A DNA stretch of 64,000 bases from Gemmatimonadales bacterium (GTDB taxonomy: Bacteria; Gemmatimonadota; Gemmatimonadetes; Gemmatimonadales; GWC2-71-9), in NCBI GenBank assembly GCA_051955835.1, contig JBQCGH010000024.1, positions 4,696 to 68,695 on the forward strand, read 5' to 3'. The notes beneath the pieces were generated by a model. It was not told the origin of the DNA, did no database searches, and saw nothing but the letters and a program-made list of their open reading frames with translations. Positions 8,602 to 17,364 of the stretch are shown here, piece after piece (positions within the stretch are counted from its first letter, which is position 1; each line of letters begins with the position of its first letter). The position numbers and the translations under genes are program-made.

Positions 8602-11600
8602 CGAGCCGCCTCGGACAGCCGCCGGAAGTAGTCCACCACCAGCCGCCGCTCCTCGGGCGAGAGCTGCTGCAGCTCTTCCCAGGTCGGCACCCGGAGACGG
8701 TCGTCCTCGCCGGTGAGCTTCTCGCGCAGGGCCGGCGGCAGGTGCACGCTGTCGTCGGTCGCGGTCATGCTCTGCCGCTCCTTCTGTGGATCCTCCTCGC
8801 GGCCCTGGAGCGTGCGGCCGGCGTCGAGCATCCGGCGGAAGAGTCGCTCCTGACGCTCGACGACCTGGCGGTCGATCGCGCCGGCCTCCAGCCGCCGCGC
8901 AAGATCCTTTGCCTCATCGGCCCTCTCGCCCGCGCCGGGCATGTGGCCACCACCCTTGAGGCGCTCGAGCTCTTCGGCCAGACGCTGTTGCTGCAGCCCG
9001 AGCTGCCGAAGCTGATCCTGAATCGCCCCGCTCCCGGCCATCGGCAGCAGCCCGGCCCCCTGGCGTCCCAAGCCGCCCTGCTGCTTCGCGAGCTGCGCCA
9101 TGCGCTCCATCGCCTCGGCGAGGCCCGAGCCCGAGGCCGCACCCTGGACGTCTCCCCTGGCACGCAGGAGCTGGTATGCCGCCGCGTTGAGGGCGTCGAC
9201 GGCGCCCCCGGCCTGCTCGGCGCCCTCGCGCGCGTTCGGCGTCGCATTGGCGATGGCATCGCGGGTGCGCTCCATCTGCCGTTGCGCGCCCCCGAGCGCG
9301 CTGCCGATTTCGGGGGACACCAGCGCGTTCTGACCCGACGTCCGCTGCATCTGCTGGAGCAGCCGCTCCACTCCCTCCTCGATCGCCCCCTGCTCGGCTC
9401 GGAGCTCGCTGCCCACGTCGCGTCCGCTCTTGAGCTCCTGCTGCACGGCAAGCTGCCGCTCGGCCAGCCGGCTGGTCTCGCTGAGCGCCTGGTCAATGGC
9501 GGCCGTCACCTCCTGCTTCCACGCCCGCTGGAGACCGGCGCGCTCCTGCTGGAGCTGGTCGCCGAGCGGCTCGAGCGCCTGTCGAGCCTGCTCGCCCTGC
9601 TGCCGCGCCTGATCCCGCGCGCCGCGCTGACTGGAACCCGCCGCTTGCTGCATCTCCTTCCCGGCTTGATCGGCCTGACGGCTCGCGGCGTTGAGTCGCT
9701 GCTGCCGGGCGGTGTCCCCCATCTGGGCGCCGAGTCGCTGCAGGCCGGCCCCGAGCGAGTCCGCGCGCGCCGCCAGGTCACGTTCCGCCGGCGCGGAGAG
9801 ACTGCTGTCCGCCTGGGCGACATGATCGTTCCACTCCTTCTGCTCGCGCGCCAGATCCTTGGATTCCCGGCTCAGGCTCTCCAGATCGCCTTCGATCGCG
9901 GCACGCCGAAACAGCTCCCGGCTCCGCTCCAGGGCCTCGCGTGCCTGCTGCTGCGCCTGGGCGAGCCGCTCGAGCGCGTCCTTGGTCCGGTCGGCGTCGA
10001 GGTCCTTGAGCGCCTGCTGCAGTTCCTGCAGCCGCTGCTTCAGTTCGGGCGAGAGCGCGCGATCCAGCTCGTTGCGGATCTCGGCGAGCTGACGTTGCCA
10101 CGCCGTATCGCCGAGTCCAGCCGCCTCCGCGCTCTTGCGCAACGTCTCGAGCGACTGCTTGAGCGAGTCGGCCCGCTGCATGAGCGCCTGCTGGGACTTC
10201 GCCACACTCTCCGCCTTCTTGGCGTGCTCGAAGGTGAGCGACTCGCTCGCCTTGTCGCCGGTCCCCTCGTTCGTGCGCGGACGTTCCTGCGCGAGATCGT
10301 CCGTCTGCCGCGAGAGCTCGGTGCTCGCGGCCGTCACGGAGTCGAGCCGACTCGAGACCGCGTCGGTAGCCGCGCGCTCCGCCGCACGGACCTCGCTCAT
10401 GGTCGGGAGACGCAGGACGTACTCCCGAGAGCGCCCGAGCTGCCGCGCGGGCGTGTTGTCGGCGGCGACCGCGCGGTAGCGGACGGTATCGCCCGGGAGC
10501 AGCCCGCGGTGCGTGAGATCGAGCGCGAAGCTCAGGATGGCCCGATCGGGCGTACCGCCGGGCAACGGGACGCTCTCCCGACGGGCCGAATCCACGATGC
10601 CGAGACGGCTGATGCGGCGGCTTTCGACCGTGACGCTCGTGAGACCGTGATCATCCCGCGCATCGAGTACCAGTGGCACCGTCAGGCTGATCGGAGCGAG
10701 CGTGTCCGCCCCGGGCACCGGGATCTCCACCTGCGGCGCGCTGTCGGCCACCAATCGGACGGGGAGCCGTACGGTGTCGGAGCCAAGCGAAGCACCGCCG
10801 GGCGTGGTCAGCGCCAGGTGATATTCGCCCGAGACCGCCGGAGCGAAACTGCCGGAAAACCGTCCGGCCTGCACGTGAAGCGGCGCGGTCCGGCCGATGC
10901 CCGCCCACGCCGCAGTCGCGAGCGGCGCCGTGGCTTCGCCGCGGGTCTCGAGCCGCGTTCCCGCGGGCAGGAGCAGCGTGTCGCCGCCGGTCGGCACCGG
11001 CTCGGCATCCATGCCCAGGTATGCCGGATAGTGCGCCGTCACCGTAAGGCTGCCGAGGAAGACGGGGAGCCGTACACGGATATGCACCGTATCGGACGCG
11101 CGCGTTCCGCTGGTGATACGGGCGAACACGTCGCTCTGGAGCGGACCCGTCGTCACCGTCGCCTGCCCGAGAGTATCCAGGGACACCCCCGTCGCGCGCC
11201 ATCCTTCGCCCGGCGCTCGAAGCCAGAGCGTCGCGTGGCGACGGCCGAACGCGTGCAGCAGCAGCGTGGCCGAGTCGCCCCGGTCGACGAGATCGGGCGC
11301 TGCCCGCAACGTGACCGGCGCCACCGTCGCGGCCCACGCCCGACCCGGGTGCCACAACGCGGCCGCCGGCCCCCGCACCGGTCCGGCCGAGGCGAAGGCC
11401 ACAAGCCCCACCGCCAGCCCTGCCGCGCCGCCCAGCGCGAGCAGCCGGACCGGTTTCGCGATGGGTTCTGCCGCGGACGCCCCACGTCGAAGGATCTCGT
11501 CCGCCCGGGAACGGTCAGCCAGCTCCAGCAGGCTGCCGCTGGTGCCCTGGGCCGATCGATCGAGCAGCGCGGTCAGCGCGCCGCGCCGCCACGCGCCGAG

Positions 11601-11873
11601 CTCCTCGAGCCCGTCCGCCACCCCACGGGCCGTCAGCCGGCCCTGGGAACGCGCGCCGAGCCAGGCGCCGACGGCCAGGATGAGCACGGCGCCCGCCCAG
11701 GCCAGCAACACCCAATAGGGCGCCTCGAGGCCGCTCAGGTGCACCGCCCACGTCGCGGCGGCGAGCAGCAAGGCGCCTGCGCCCACGGCGATGGCCACCC
11801 ACGCCGCGGTCGCCCGGAGCCGAAGCGGCCGGGCGACCCGTTGCAAGGCGTGGTAGGTGGCTGGCGCGCTCAC
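8598..11873 (-). CDS. large membrane-anchored coiled-coil protein (DUF4175-like), function unknown
   Basis: ~1091 aa from the GTG at 11871-11873 (GTGA overlap with the DUF4159-like stop). Three N-terminal TM helices, a beta-rich middle region, then a ~450-aa Q/E/R/L/A coiled coil. Conserved-looking C-terminus PTWEELQQLSPEERRLVVDYFRRLSEAAR. Confidence 0.8.
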   Translation of the reverse strand: MSAPATYHALQRVARPLRLRATAAWVAIAVGAGALLLAAATWAVHLSGLEAPYWVLLAWAGAVLILAVGAWLGARSQGRLTARGVADGLEELGAWRRGALTALLDRSAQGTSGSLLELADRSRADEILRRGASAAEPIAKPVRLLALGGAAGLAVGLVAFASAGPVRGPAAALWHPGRAWAATVAPVTLRAAPDLVDRGDSATLLLHAFGRRHATLWLRAPGEGWRATGVSLDTLGQATVTTGPLQSDVFARITSGTRASDTVHIRVRLPVFLGSLTVTAHYPAYLGMDAEPVPTGGDTLLLPAGTRLETRGEATAPLATAAWAGIGRTAPLHVQAGRFSGSFAPAVSGEYHLALTTPGGASLGSDTVRLPVRLVADSAPQVEIPVPGADTLAPISLTVPLVLDARDDHGLTSVTVESRRISRLGIVDSARRESVPLPGGTPDRAILSFALDLTHRGLLPGDTVRYRAVAADNTPARQLGRSREYVLRLPTMSEVRAAERAATDAVSSRLDSVTAASTELSRQTDDLAQERPRTNEGTGDKASESLTFEHAKKAESVAKSQQALMQRADSLKQSLETLRKSAEAAGLGDTAWQRQLAEIRNELDRALSPELKQRLQELQQALKDLDADRTKDALERLAQAQQQAREALERSRELFRRAAIEGDLESLSRESKDLAREQKEWNDHVAQADSSLSAPAERDLAARADSLGAGLQRLGAQMGDTARQQRLNAASRQADQAGKEMQQAAGSSQRGARDQARQQGEQARQALEPLGDQLQQERAGLQRAWKQEVTAAIDQALSETSRLAERQLAVQQELKSGRDVGSELRAEQGAIEEGVERLLQQMQRTSGQNALVSPEIGSALGGAQRQMERTRDAIANATPNAREGAEQAGGAVDALNAAAYQLLRARGDVQGAASGSGLAEAMERMAQLAKQQGGLGRQGAGLLPMAGSGAIQDQLRQLGLQQQRLAEELERLKGGGHMPGAGERADEAKDLARRLEAGAIDRQVVERQERLFRRMLDAGRTLQGREEDPQKERQSMTATDDSVHLPPALREKLTGEDDRLRVPTWEELQQLSPEERRLVVDYFRRLSEAAR

Positions 11874-12538
11874 CCGCCGAACCCGACGGCGTACGCGAAG
11901 AGGTTCACGCCCATGCGCAGCGCGGCCTCGTGCTTCTCGGGGGGATCGTGGTGCACTTCGAAGTCCTCCCAACCGTCGCCCAGATCGCTCTGGTAGGAGT
12001 AGTAGACGGCCAGGCGCCCATTGAGGAAGATGCCGAAGCCCTGCGCGGGCTTCCCGTCATGCACATGGATCTTGGGGATGCCCTTGGGGAAATCGTACAC
12101 CAGATGGTAGATCGGGTGGGTCAGCGGCACCTCGACCATCGGCTTGTCGGGAAAGAGTCGCTGCAGCTCTCGCCGGATCGACACATCCATGCCGTAATTG
12201 TCATCGGCATGGAGGAACCCGCCCTGCTCCAGATAGCGCCGCAGCGTGGCCAGGTCACTGTCGGTCCAATGCACGTTGCCGTGGCCGGTCATATAAATGT
12301 AGGGAACGTTCCAGAGCTCGTCGTCCGACAGGGTCACCACCTTCTCTTGGAAGGCGACTCGCAGACCGGTCCGGGTCCGGATGGCGTTGAGCAGGTTGGG
12401 CAGGCTCGACGGATTGGCATACCAGTCGCCACCACCATCGTAGTGCAAGCGGCCGATGGTCATGACCGCGGCGTTCGGCGGGGAGGACCCCAGTGCGGCG
12501 GCCGCGAGCACCAGCGGCAGCACGCGTCGCATCCTCAT
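11870..12538 (-). CDS. DUF4159-like secreted protein
   Basis: 222 aa from the ATG at 12536-12538 (ATGA overlap with the rsmI stop). Signal peptide MRMRRVLPLVLAAAALG. Blocks HYDGGGDWYANPSSLPNLL, VPYIYMTGHGNV, LRRYLEQGGFLHADDNYG are typical of the DUF4159 family as I remember it. Confidence 0.8.
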   Translation of the reverse strand: MRMRRVLPLVLAAAALGSSPPNAAVMTIGRLHYDGGGDWYANPSSLPNLLNAIRTRTGLRVAFQEKVVTLSDDELWNVPYIYMTGHGNVHWTDSDLATLRRYLEQGGFLHADDNYGMDVSIRRELQRLFPDKPMVEVPLTHPIYHLVYDFPKGIPKIHVHDGKPAQGFGIFLNGRLAVYYSYQSDLGDGWEDFEVHHDPPEKHEAALRMGVNLFAYAVGFGG

Positions 12539-13368
12539 GGCAGCTCCATCACCAGGCGATAGGCGTCGTTCCGCGACAACCCGAGCCCCTCGCTGAGTCG
12601 GCGAGCCACCTCGCGCCTGGTGACGCCTTCGGCCAGCAACGCCGTAGCCCGCTCCCTGGCCGCCTCGGTGCGATCGGGGCCTTCCGCGGGCGACCCCCGG
12701 CCTTCCAGCACGATGGTCAGCTCGCCGCGAGGGGGAAACTCCGAATAATAGTGCGCCAGCTGGTCGAGGGTCCCCTCCCGAAGCTCCTCGTGCAGCTTGG
12801 TCAGCTCCCGTGCGACGACGGCGCGCCGATCGCCACCGCACGCCGCGGACAGATCCTGCAGCAGGTCCACCAGCCGAAGGGGCGCCTCGAACAGGACGAC
12901 GCTCCACTCCTCGCCGGCCGCACGCGCTAGCAGACGGGCGCGCTCGCCACCCTTCCGCGGTATGAACCCCAGGAACAGGTAGCGATCGCCCTTGAGACCG
13001 GCCGCCGACAGGGCGGTCGCGACCGCGGACGGTCCCGGAATCGGGACGACGGAGATCCGAGCCTCTCGGGCGGCCGCCACCAGGTCCGTTCCCGGATCGC
13101 TGACGGCAGGTGTCCCGGCGTCGGACACCAGCGCCACATCCCGGCCCTCCTGGAGGATCTCGAGCAAGGTATCGAGCCTGCGCTCCTGCGAATGCGCGTG
13201 ATAGCTCAAGAGTTGCGGTGTGGCGCCGAGATGCGTCAGAAGGCCCCGCGTGCGCCGGGTATCCTCCGCCGCCACCACCGGGACATGGCGGAGCACATCG
13301 GCCGCGCGGGCAGAGAGGTCTCCCAGGTTACCGAGCGGGGTCGCAACGACATACAGAGTTCCCGGCAT
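12535..13368 (-). CDS. rsmI: 16S rRNA (cytidine1402-2'-O)-methyltransferase RsmI
   Basis: 277 aa. Motifs GTLYVVATPLGNLGDLS, VAAEDTRRT, VSDAGTPAVSDPG, ARELTKLHEE. Confidence 0.9.
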   Translation of the reverse strand: MPGTLYVVATPLGNLGDLSARAADVLRHVPVVAAEDTRRTRGLLTHLGATPQLLSYHAHSQERRLDTLLEILQEGRDVALVSDAGTPAVSDPGTDLVAAAREARISVVPIPGPSAVATALSAAGLKGDRYLFLGFIPRKGGERARLLARAAGEEWSVVLFEAPLRLVDLLQDLSAACGGDRRAVVARELTKLHEELREGTLDQLAHYYSEFPPRGELTIVLEGRGSPAEGPDRTEAARERATALLAEGVTRREVARRLSEGLGLSRNDAYRLVMELP

Positions 13369-13411
13369 GTGCGAAAGGTAGTCGAGGCAAGTTGGCGGGG
13401 ACCAAAATGCC

Positions 13412-13441
13412 GACGGAGAGCCTGGACCCAGGCTCTCCGTC
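13412..13441 (-). terminator. rho-independent terminator of trxA
   Basis: 12-bp stem GACGGAGAGCCT / AGGCTCTCCGTC with a 6-nt loop, 27 nt downstream of the trxA stop. On the minus strand it is followed by GGCATTTTGG. Confidence 0.55.
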
Positions 13442-13467
13442 GCCTTCCCATCTTCGTGTTTTGGCGG

Positions 13468-13806
13468 TCAGGCCAAGTGCTGCTTGATCTTTCCTTCGAG
13501 GGTCGCCTTGGGCACCGCGCCGATCACCGTGTCCACGTGCTGGCCGTTCTTGAAGAACAGAATGCTCGGGATCGAACGCACGTTGAACCGCATCGCGGTG
13601 CGCTGGTTCGCATCGACATCCACCTTGGCCACCTTGGCCTTCCCCGCATACTCTCCCGCGAGCTGATCGAGAATGGGCGCCACGACCTGACACGGTCCGC
13701 ACCACGTCGCCCAGAAGTCGACCAGGACCAGTCCGTTGGCCTGTTCGATCTCGCTCGCGAACGAGGAGTCGGTAACGTGCAAGGTCTGGGAATTCGTCGT
13801 GGCCAT
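13468..13806 (-). CDS. trxA: thioredoxin
   Basis: 112 aa from the ATG at 13804-13806, with a GGAGAA SD upstream. Active site WCGPC. The ORF-track N-terminal extension is rejected. Confidence 0.95.
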   Translation of the reverse strand: MATTNSQTLHVTDSSFASEIEQANGLVLVDFWATWCGPCQVVAPILDQLAGEYAGKAKVAKVDVDANQRTAMRFNVRSIPSILFFKNGQHVDTVIGAVPKATLEGKIKQHLA

Positions 13807-13863
13807 GATGTTATTCTCCTGTATTGGAAACCGTCTCGACCAGATTCTCGACGGAGGGATCGC

Positions 13864-14259
13864 GTGCCTGATCGCCCCCGGATTGCGCATGTTGGCGTGG
13901 CCGTCAACGACCTCGACGCCGCCGTGGCGTTCTATCGCGACGTCCTCGGTCTGACCCCGCATCCGCCGGAAGAGGCGGACGGCGCGACCATCGTGTCGCT
14001 GCCGTTCGGCGAGTCCGAGGTCGAGCTGCTCGCGCCGCGCCACGGCGATGGTCCCATCGCCCGCTTTCTCGACCGGCGCGGTCCGGGCATCCACCATATC
14101 TGCTATCGCGTGCCCGACCTCGACGCCGCGCTCGACGCGTGCCGCGCGGCCGGCTACCGCCTGTTGGACGAGGTGCCGCGGCCGGGCGCCGGCGGCCGTC
14201 GGGTCGCCTTTATCCATCCCAAGGCGACCGCGGGCATTCTCCTCGAACTCACGGAGTAA
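13864..14259 (+). CDS. mce: methylmalonyl-CoA epimerase (VOC family)
   Basis: 131 aa from an in-frame GTG at 13864, with GGAGGG 6 nt upstream. Motifs IAHVGVAVNDLDAAVAFY, GPGIHHICYRV, HPKATAGILLEL. Confidence 0.85.
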   Translation: MPDRPRIAHVGVAVNDLDAAVAFYRDVLGLTPHPPEEADGATIVSLPFGESEVELLAPRHGDGPIARFLDRRGPGIHHICYRVPDLDAALDACRAAGYRLLDEVPRPGAGGRRVAFIHPKATAGILLELTE

Positions 14260-14294
14260 CATAACAGCAGCCGGGCGGCCCAGGTTCCCGCGAA

Positions 14295-14798
14295 TTACTG
14301 GCTTTTGGCGCTGCTCGTGTCGTGAGCGGTGGTATCGGTGTGGGCGGTGCTATCGGAAGGATTGCACGGCTTGGCGGGATTGCCGGCGGCGGTGAGGTCC
14401 ACCTGATTGACGATCCAGCTCCCGTCCGCGAGCTGGATGACCGTGAAGGGCACGTCCCAGGTACAGGCCTGGCGGCGGATCTGCACCTGGACCGCGTGCC
14501 GGCTCGGCAGGCCGTCCTGGTGGTCCGAGACGATCCGATAGTCGTCGCTGGTGAGATAGGCCTGCATCACCGCGACGCGACGCTCGTAGTCTGGCGGCTG
14601 CTTGGTCTGACCCGCGGGTCCCTTCCCCGTACCCCAGAGGCTCGCCATCGCGGGAAGATTGCTGTCGGCCACGGCCTTCATGAAATTCTGCACCGCCACG
14701 GGGGCCGTATTGGCCGGATGCACCTTGGCCGCGCTGCCTGAGCCGCCACCGCACGCGGCCAGCACTACGGCCGCTGCGTACCACCGTCGGGTCGTCAC
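14295..14798 (-). CDS. lipoprotein of unknown function
   Basis: 167 aa, GTG start, lipobox [11 protein letters not shown]. Globular domain followed by a Thr/His/Asp/Ser-rich tail ([20 protein letters not shown]). Confidence 0.7.
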   Translation of the reverse strand: MTTRRWYAAAVVLAACGGGSGSAAKVHPANTAPVAVQNFMKAVADSNLPAMASLWGTGKGPAGQTKQPPDYERRVAVMQAYLTSDDYRIVSDHQDGLPSRHAVQVQIRRQACTWDVPFTVIQLADGSWIVNQVDLTAAGNPAKPCNPSDSTAHTDTTAHDTSSAKSQ

Positions 14799-14867
14799 CG
14801 GTCTCTCGATTGCGAGTGGGAGCGTGCGAAGTTAACCGGCCGCGGAGCGCCGATCAATGACAATGCG

Positions 14868-15590
14868 ATGACTTCACAACGGCTCTACGTCAACATCGAT
14901 CACGTCGCGACCGTGCGCCAAGCCCGACGCACCGACGAGCCCGACCCGCTCGAAGCCGCCCGCCTGTGCGAGGCCGCCGGCGCGGATGGCATCACGGTGC
15001 ATCTTCGAGAGGACCGTCGGCACATTCAGGACGCGGACGTGGAGCGACTCGCCCCGGTGGTCGGTGTGCTCAACCTCGAGCTGGCCACCAGTCCTGATGT
15101 GCTCGCGGTTGCCTGCCGGCTCCGACCCTACCAGGCGACCATCGTTCCCGAGCGCCGGGAGGAAGTCACCACCGAAGGGGGGCTCGACCTGACCCGCCCG
15201 GCTCCGCGTCTGCGCGACACCATCCGACGCCTCGACGAAGCCGGAGCCCGGGTGAGCCTGTTCATCGATCCTGACCCGGCCGCGCTCGATGCCGCGAAGG
15301 ACCTCGGGGTCCCGGCCATCGAGCTGCATACCGGCCGCTACGCGCACACCTGGGAGCGGGATGACCGGGCGCTGGTGGAGCTGCGTCGCGCCGCGAGACA
15401 TGCCGCCGATATGGGACTCGCCGTGCACGCGGGACACGGCCTGACCTACCGCAACGTGGCGCCCGTCGCCGCCATTCCCGAGATCGAGGAACTCAATATC
15501 GGCCACAGTATCGTGAGCCGTGCGGTCATGGTGGGGATGCGCGCCGCCGTGGAGGAGATGGCGAACGTGGTGCGTGGCGCTCGGCGCTGA
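14868..15590 (+). CDS. pdxJ: pyridoxine 5'-phosphate synthase
   Basis: 240 aa. Motifs [53 protein letters not shown]. Confidence 0.95.
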   Translation: MTSQRLYVNIDHVATVRQARRTDEPDPLEAARLCEAAGADGITVHLREDRRHIQDADVERLAPVVGVLNLELATSPDVLAVACRLRPYQATIVPERREEVTTEGGLDLTRPAPRLRDTIRRLDEAGARVSLFIDPDPAALDAAKDLGVPAIELHTGRYAHTWERDDRALVELRRAARHAADMGLAVHAGHGLTYRNVAPVAAIPEIEELNIGHSIVSRAVMVGMRAAVEEMANVVRGARR

Positions 15591-15603
15591 TACTTTCCGG
15601 GCC

Positions 15604-17364
15604 ATGACCAACCCCATGGCGGCCGCGGACTTCTTCGCCCTCGAGGCGGGTGAGTGCCTCGACCGGCTCGACTCCCTGGTCAACCGCCCGGACGGGCCGC
15701 CGGGCGAGGAGTTGCTGCGCACCGCCCGCGTGCTGCGCGGTGCAGCGCTGATGGCATCGCAACAGCCGATCGCGCGAGCCGCGGCCGGCCTGGAGGGCCT
15801 CGCGCGCGCCTACCGCGATGGCCGCCGGCCCTGGGATCCGGCCACCAGGGAACAGACCGCGCAGGCCATCGAGGAGTTTCGCCATCTCGTGCGACGCGTG
15901 CGCGACTGGAGCGACGCGGACACCGCGCGGAGCGTCCGCCTCGGCCTGAGTCTCGAGTCACTCGCCGGCCGGACCGGCCCCTCGGGGGGTGCCGTCGCGA
16001 AGGACAGCCGCGTCACCGCCGCGGAGAGCGCCCCGCGGAGCGAGCTCAACAGCGGCGTGCGCGCCTTCGTGGCGCGGGAAGGCGCGCTCATCGCGAGCGC
16101 CCTCGATCGTGCGGCGCGCGCGCTTCACGGCGCGCCCGGTGACCGGGAGCCGCTCTACACCGTGATCCGACGGATGCAATCGCTGCGTGGGCTGGCTGAG
16201 CTGGGAGACCTGGTACCGCTGCCCGAGATCCTGGACGGCATCGAGCTGGCCGTGGGCGACCTCACCCGACTGTACGCGCCGCCACCTGGCGTCGACGAGG
16301 TGATCGCCTCGGCCTCGCTGGCCTTGACCCGCATCTCGCGGGACATCGCCGAGCATGGCCGGCCCGATCCCGAGACCGACGAGGCGCGTGGATTCACCGA
16401 GCTGCTGCTCAGAGCCTTCGCGGTCGAGCGCGACGTCGTGCCGATCGAGTCGCTCTACTACACCGACGATCCCGACCCGGTGACGCCGCCGCTTGCGCAG
16501 CCGCAGTTCTCGCCTCCCGCCCCACTTGGCCCGCTCGAGCTGGTGAGTCATGGCGAGCATCTCTGCCAGAGCGCGGACCTGATCGCCCGATCCGGATCGG
16601 CGGTCGAACGCGACCTCCGCCTCTACCATCTGCTCGGCACGCTTCGGTCGGCCGGCATCGCCGGTCCCGATCCGGTCGCGAGCGCGCTCGGCGTATTCGC
16701 ACGGTCCACTCGCGAGGCGCTCGCCGCCGCTGCCGCCGCGCGTTCCACGCCCGCGCTGGTGAGCTGCCTGCGGGAAGCCGGTGAGCTGCTCCGCGCCGTG
16801 GCCGATGCCGACGACCGCATGCTCATTTCCCGGCGCATCCTCGACGCGGCGTACCGCATGGACGGTCTTCGGCTGGCCGAGCCCGCCCTGCATTCCGCGA
16901 CGCATTCCAGCGTCGCCACTGCCGCGGGTGAGATCGACCTCCCGATCGTGCCGATCGAGACGCTGCTGCTCGAGGAGCCGATCGTGCCAATCGAGTCGCT
17001 GCTGCTCGAGGAGCCGCCGGTGCCGATCGAAAGCCTCGGGTACGACGCACCGATGGCCGCCGGCGGCCTCGAGGCGAGCTTCCACACCTACGATCGCCTG
17101 CGGCGCGAGCGTCGCCCCGAGCCGGCCTCCCTCGAGGCGCTGGTCGGGCGAGCACTGGCGGACACCGAGCCGGTGCCGACAGAAGGTGACGTCGCGATCG
17201 AGATGGCGGCTCTCTGCTATCGTGGGCGCGCGGCGCTCGAGCGGGCCGTGGCCGTGCGCCAGCAGCTCGCGGCCGAGCTGGCCCGCAACGGCGGGCTCGA
17301 CGCCATCCAGCCGCTACTGCAGGAGCTGCTCGACCTGGTCCCGCTCGCGCTTGCCGACGCCTGA
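15604..17364 (+). CDS. FimL-like protein with two degenerate (His-less) Hpt domains and a repeat-bearing C-terminal half
   Basis: 586 aa from the ATG at 15604. Hpt-like helices are present, but the phospho-His position is R42 (TARVLRGAALMA) in the first and Q192 (RRMQSLRGLAEL) in the second. Five copies of a hhPIEsLxY motif. No kinase or receiver domain. Confidence 0.7.
   Translation: MTNPMAAADFFALEAGECLDRLDSLVNRPDGPPGEELLRTARVLRGAALMASQQPIARAAAGLEGLARAYRDGRRPWDPATREQTAQAIEEFRHLVRRVRDWSDADTARSVRLGLSLESLAGRTGPSGGAVAKDSRVTAAESAPRSELNSGVRAFVAREGALIASALDRAARALHGAPGDREPLYTVIRRMQSLRGLAELGDLVPLPEILDGIELAVGDLTRLYAPPPGVDEVIASASLALTRISRDIAEHGRPDPETDEARGFTELLLRAFAVERDVVPIESLYYTDDPDPVTPPLAQPQFSPPAPLGPLELVSHGEHLCQSADLIARSGSAVERDLRLYHLLGTLRSAGIAGPDPVASALGVFARSTREALAAAAAARSTPALVSCLREAGELLRAVADADDRMLISRRILDAAYRMDGLRLAEPALHSATHSSVATAAGEIDLPIVPIETLLLEEPIVPIESLLLEEPPVPIESLGYDAPMAAGGLEASFHTYDRLRRERRPEPASLEALVGRALADTEPVPTEGDVAIEMAALCYRGRAALERAVAVRQQLAAELARNGGLDAIQPLLQELLDLVPLALADA
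16942..17046 (+). repeat. in-frame 36-nt tandem repeat (2.9 copies) encoding PIVPIE(T/S)LLLEE
   Basis: Unit 1 at 16942-16977 is ccgatcgtgccgatcgagacgctgctgctcgaggag. Unit 2 at 16978-17013 differs at 2 nt. Unit 3 (17014-17046) is diverged. A related single copy (VVPIESLYY) lies at 16435-16461. Confidence 0.9.

Noticed and set aside
7590-11996. Longest ORF in the track (1468 aa, plus strand).
   Set aside because: It is antisense to the TPR and giant coiled-coil genes. The translation is R/P/G/A-rich with no motifs, as is typical of off-frame ORFs in very GC-rich DNA. The minus-strand frames have signal peptides, TM helices and coupled starts.
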